Shown: piece by piece, positions 59,977-64,000 of the stretch | Layout of the letters: each line of letters starts with the position of its first letter | Numbering within the stretch: position 1 is the stretch's first letter | Assembly (NCBI GenBank): GCA_963823665.1 | Contig: CAWGMQ010000005.1 | Location: 512,001-576,000 of the forward strand | DNA: 64,000 nucleotides | Direction: 5' to 3' | DNA from: an uncultured Planctomycetota bacterium | Lineage (GTDB): Bacteria > Planctomycetota > Planctomycetia > Isosphaerales > Isosphaeraceae | Program-made: the position numbers and the translations under genes | Notes under the pieces: generated by a model | Seen by the model: only the letters and a program-made list of their open reading frames with translations | Told to the model about the DNA's origin: nothing | Databases searched by the model: none

Positions 59977-60432
59977 TCAACGCACGCCGCAAATCGTTAC
60001 GCCGGCACGCATGGCAGCGGCCTTGAGGGGTTCGTCCAGAGTGGCAAGCTCTAGTCCCCGGCGGACAGCCAATTCCAGGTAGGCGGCGTCGTAGGCTGAG
60101 AGAGTGTACTGTCGTGCAAAGCTCATCGTTGAACTCCAGGCCTGGTCAGTCGTTTGATCATCGACGGCGATGGGCATCACTTCGAGATAGGCGATCATTC
60201 GCCCTGCCTGTGCCTGTGTGGAACGCTTTCGGAGCTCCCCCGCGATGAATGAATTGGCGACCTCGAGCGGCCAGTTCGCCGGCACCAGTGCGCCTCGACC
60301 AGGCAGTTGGCGCGCAACCATATCCGCATAGGCGTCCTTTTCATCGACAAAATACCACGCCATCACAATCGAGCAATCGAGAACCAACCGTTTGTCAAAT
60401 CGCTTGCCAGCCCTCTTCTTGCGTTTGCTCAA
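59977..60432 (-). CDS. vapC: VapC-family PIN toxin
   Basis: LVLDCS...EVAN...YDAAYLELA...LATLD. Confidence 0.92.
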   Translation of the reverse strand: MSKRKKRAGKRFDKRLVLDCSIVMAWYFVDEKDAYADMVARQLPGRGALVPANWPLEVANSFIAGELRKRSTQAQAGRMIAYLEVMPIAVDDQTTDQAWSSTMSFARQYTLSAYDAAYLELAVRRGLELATLDEPLKAAAMRAGVTICGVR

Positions 60433-60674
60433 CGCCGGCCCTCCTCGATCAACGCGCGAACGGTAAGATCATCGCCAAGCACCGGTCCATTCTCGTCTCG
60501 AAACGCGAGCATCTCCTCGACGAGAGCCGCTACGCCCTGTTCCACCCCGGCAGCAGGAACGATCTTCGCTATGGGCCTGCCGTGTTTGGTGATCGTGATC
60601 GTTTCACCCTTTTCGACACGGCCCAGCAAGCGAGGCAAATGAGTCTTGGCCTCGTAACTCCCAACGCTTTTCAT
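60429..60674 (-). CDS. Phd/YefM-family antitoxin
   Basis: YEAKTHLPRLL.RV.KGE.I.ITKHGRPIA. Confidence 0.92.
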   Translation of the reverse strand: MKSVGSYEAKTHLPRLLGRVEKGETITITKHGRPIAKIVPAAGVEQGVAALVEEMLAFRDENGPVLGDDLTVRALIEEGRR

Positions 60675-60871
60675 GCCAGAGTCTCCGGTTGGATCTAGTC
60701 TATCCTATCTAGTCTAAATCACGTCGACGATTTGGACAATCTGAAGAGCGCCCATTCGATGAAGCCAGCTTGCACGCGCATCCAATCCCACCTACAATTG
60801 TCGTTGCTCGCATCGGCCAGGCAGTCTTTAAAGCGAAAGCCGATTCGGCATCGGTCGCGCGAGGGTTTTTG

Positions 60872-62086
60872 ATGGGCGTCTCCATTCTGGTTTGCGGCTG
60901 CGGATTGAAAGTCCGCGCGGCGGGGGCTACCCCTGGCCGCCTGGGGCGATGTCCGAGGTGCGGTGGCGAGCTGCGCGTGCCCGATGTTGTGCCGCCGCCC
61001 GGTGGAAATCCCTTCGCGGAGCGAAGGGCGACAATGGGCGAGCTGGCCGGTTCGGTTTTCGAGCCGCCGGCGGAGGCGATTCGAACCGCCACGCGCGACT
61101 CCGACTCGGACTCCGCCGGCGCCGGCTATGGTCTCAAACCGTCCAGGGAGCACGCCGCTCGTAAAAAGAAAGAACGGCGGCGGCCCTCCGACATCACACC
61201 TCCTCGCACCGGTTTCATCGAAAAGAAATCCGAATTGCACGCCACCGGCGGCATCCTGCCTCCTTTGAAACAAACCGAGTCGTCGTGGTTCGCCAGCATC
61301 CTTTATCCGCTCCGAAGCGCCGACAGCCTGGCCGTGATCGCCTCACTCACGGCGATCCTCTGGCTCTTCACGGTCCTCGTACCGGAGTACTGCCTCGGTC
61401 TGATGGGCGATGCCGATCAAATGGGCGCGCCCACGCTCGGAAAACTGCTCGGCTTGCTCTCGATCTTGCCCGTCGGCTTCCTGCTTCCCTTCGCCGTCTT
61501 CTACTGGCTGCAATACCTGGGCCGGGTCGTGGTCTCCAGCGGCATGGGCGAGACCACTCCCCCGCGCACGCCCGACCGGAACTTCGAAGGCTTCTTGACT
61601 GGGCTCAGCCCGTGGTTCACGTGGCTCTTACTCGGCGTGGGCGTCGGCCTCCTTCCCGCCGCGCTCTGGCGAACACTTGCCGACGGCAACTCCCCGGCCG
61701 GGATCGTCCTCACCGTCGGCTTCGCCTGCCTCGCGCTCCCCTACATCCTGGTGGCCTTGCTGATGACGTTCATCCACGACGACGACCTGGCAGCCAAGCC
61801 CCTCGCCGTGCTCACCGCGCTCGTGCAGCTCGGCGGCTCGTTCCTGTTCCTCTGCGTCTTCGCCCTCTTTCTCATCGCCGCCGCCGCCGGATTGTTCGTG
61901 CTGGCGTTCTTGTTGCGAGCGAACTACTTCAAGACCTATCTACTCCTCTGCGCTCCGTGCTGGTCGGCCTTCGTATGGACCACGATCGTCGTGATGCGGC
62001 TGCTTGGAAACCACTACCATCCACGTCGGAAGATTCTTGGTTGGAACATCGACCGCCCGCGCTGGGGCGTCACCTGGAAGATCTGA
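60872..62086 (+). CDS. Zinc-ribbon plus multi-TM membrane protein (DUF4013-like)
   Basis: CGCG...CPRCG N-terminus; six hydrophobic helices. Confidence 0.7.
   Translation: MGVSILVCGCGLKVRAAGATPGRLGRCPRCGGELRVPDVVPPPGGNPFAERRATMGELAGSVFEPPAEAIRTATRDSDSDSAGAGYGLKPSREHAARKKKERRRPSDITPPRTGFIEKKSELHATGGILPPLKQTESSWFASILYPLRSADSLAVIASLTAILWLFTVLVPEYCLGLMGDADQMGAPTLGKLLGLLSILPVGFLLPFAVFYWLQYLGRVVVSSGMGETTPPRTPDRNFEGFLTGLSPWFTWLLLGVGVGLLPAALWRTLADGNSPAGIVLTVGFACLALPYILVALLMTFIHDDDLAAKPLAVLTALVQLGGSFLFLCVFALFLIAAAAGLFVLAFLLRANYFKTYLLLCAPCWSAFVWTTIVVMRLLGNHYHPRRKILGWNIDRPRWGVTWKI
61010..61036. repeat. REP-like palindrome family B, in-frame coding copy
   Basis: CCCTTCGCGGAGCGAAGGGCGACAATG encodes PFAERRATM. 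Confidence 0.8.
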
Positions 62087-62089
62087 CAT

Positions 62090-63150
62090 TCACCGTTTGA
62101 GCGCTGCCACCCATTCCTCATCCAGCTCCTCGACGCTCTTCCCGGTCAGCTCCTTGAAGATCTCCTTCTTGTAGCGCCCTCGCGCATCACCTTGTTCAGC
62201 TTCTGCACGAGCTGCTTGTCGTACTTCTCCGTGACGTAAGCCAGGAACGCGGCCGTCACGCGATAGCTGCCGTTGTAATGGGCGCGTTCGGGGTTGATTC
62301 GCCCGATCTTCCCCGGCTCGAACTTGAAAAACCGGATGTAGTCGCTCACTCCCTCCACCAGCCACCCGGGGTTGCCGCGCCCGTTGTAATGCTGCACCAC
62401 GTGTGTCGTCTCGTGAACCATGGCCCCGACATCGTCCGGGTGCTCTTGAAAGTACTTCACCGAGCCGGTGATTCGGCCCCCGGAGGCAAAGGCAACCCCT
62501 CGATAGCCGGTCTTCAGCGCGAGCGTCACAACCCTGGGCGGTTTGAAATCGTCGCTCTTGAGCTCCTCGTTGATCATGGGATACGCCCGCATGCAAGTTT
62601 TCGCCACGTTCTCGGCCCATTCTTTCATCTTGGGCTCGTCGGCAACATCGATGACGAACTCGACCGGATACTTGAAAACGGCTACCGGCGGATCCGATTC
62701 GACCGTCAGCTCGCGAATCGCCAGGTGATGATCCGACTTCGCGCCGGGCTGAATTCGCACGGCGACGATCGACTCGCCCTCGATCGTTGCCTGCGATTTG
62801 CCCTGGGCGAACGGCGCCATCTCGCGAAAGGACTTTCCATCCGCAGAGACCGCCAGCTTCCCCTCCTCGAGCGAGTCGCTCCCGTCAGCCCGACCCGTGA
62901 GCACACTGATCGACTTCACTTTCACCGGCTTGTCAAAGACCAGAGTGAAATGGTCTTTCGCCGCCGGATTCTGCTCCGAGGCGAAGAACGTGCTGGGATC
63001 GCCGTCAAACGCGAATTGCCGGATCTGCCCCTTTGCCGTGGCCAGCGTCGTCTCAATCGCGGCCACAACCGGCTCGGGCTTTTGAGCCAGGTCCGGTGGC
63101 GCAGAATCCAGATGCCATGCCAGTAAGAGCGCACAGATCGAGCGCACCAT
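62090..63150 (-). CDS. BSP-family (basic secretory protein) metallopeptidase with discoidin-like N-domain; frameshift near 62180
   Basis: AFDGDPST; HETTH, WLVEGVSDYIR, SYRVTAAFL; C-terminus FKELTGKSVEELDEEW in shifted frame. Confidence 0.8.
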
Positions 63151-63323
63151 TGCGATGTTCCTCGCGGCTTGACCATGAACCTTCACAGATTGGATCACTT
63201 TCCTGGAAACCTGGCAAGGCTCTCATCCGCCACCCGCTTCGACGCCTTGAGTCTCGCTTTCGATCCAGTCGAGCCGCTAGAATTCATCGTCTTTCGTCAG
63301 CGAACGAATGAAGGGGCCCACGT

Positions 63324-64000
63324 ATGCCAGACGCAATCGATCCGCATTCCGAACGCACGACAGCGGCGCCACCCGGAGAACCGACCCGGGAACAACAGTC
63401 CCTGTCGCCGGCGGCCCAGCCGGCCAACCCGGCTCAGCAAGAGAAGCCCCCCGCGGCGACCAATTCCGGCACGGAGACAGCGAAGAGCCAGCCTTCGCAC
63501 CCTTGGAAGAAGCAGTTGTTAATTCTGGTTCTCGCCAGCGGGGCAGTCGGCGGCGTTTACGCCTTGATCCCCACGATCAAGACCGCGCTCAACACCATCT
63601 CGACGGATGACGCGTATGTCAACGGCCACGTCACGTTCGTGGCGCCGCGGGTTGCCGGCCAGGTAAGCGAGGTGTTGGTCGATGACAATATGCGGGTGAA
63701 GAAAGGAAGCATCCTGGTCCAGCTCGACAAGGAACCCTACCAGGTCAAGCTGGCGATCAAGCGCGCCGCGGTCGTCGCCGCCCAAGCCGACTTGACGGCC
63801 GCGCAGGCCCGGATTCACGGTGTCGTCGGCCTGGTCCGCGCTGGCCGTTTCGGGCTTGAGCGCGCGATTGAGGACGTCAACACCAAGATCGCCGACCTAC
63901 GAGCCTACGTCGCCACGCTCGCGAGCCGGAAGGCAAGCCTCGAGCTGGCGCGCGCCAACTTGAAGCGAGGTGACGAGCTCTTGCCCGGCGGCGGCATCAG
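63324..64000 (+). CDS. HlyD/EmrA-family secretion protein, partial; frameshift in the N-terminal part
   Basis: STDDAYVNGHVTFVAPRVAGQVSEVLVDDNMRVKKG..LVQLD. Confidence 0.85.
   Translation, partial: MPDAIDPHSERTTAAPPGEPTREQQSLSPAAQPANPAQQEKPPAATNSGTETAKSQPSHPWKKQLLILVLASGAVGGVYALIPTIKTALNTISTDDAYVNGHVTFVAPRVAGQVSEVLVDDNMRVKKGSILVQLDKEPYQVKLAIKRAAVVAAQADLTAAQARIHGVVGLVRAGRFGLERAIEDVNTKIADLRAYVATLASRKASLELARANLKRGDELLPGGGI

Overview
GC-rich bacterial DNA whose gene content (DUF1549/DUF1553 + DUF1501 pair, Ser/Thr kinase-TPR and kinase-FGE proteins, Uma2 nuclease) points to a Planctomycete, probably Isosphaerales (inference). About eleven single-base frameshifts in otherwise intact genes suggest an unpolished long-read assembly, so several ORFs in the track are split or falsely fused. 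Best candidate system (15.8-27.3 kb): a Tat-signal bicupin oxalate decarboxylase with a decayed anion porin behind it, transcribed divergently from a tight operon fdhD - selenocysteine formate dehydrogenase (in-frame UGA with SECIS hairpin) - 4Fe-4S subunit - NrfD anchor - cydA - cydB. This reads as a possible oxalate -> formate -> quinone -> O2 respiratory module; selB lies 36 kb away. Also present: a kinase/FHA/M48 signalling cluster, a matB/matC-like dicarboxylate operon, two TA pairs plus TA remnants, several deletion pseudogenes and two dispersed palindromic repeats, one translated in frame inside a gene. No rRNA, tRNA, CRISPR array or transposase was recognised. All family assignments are from motifs read by eye, not database searches.
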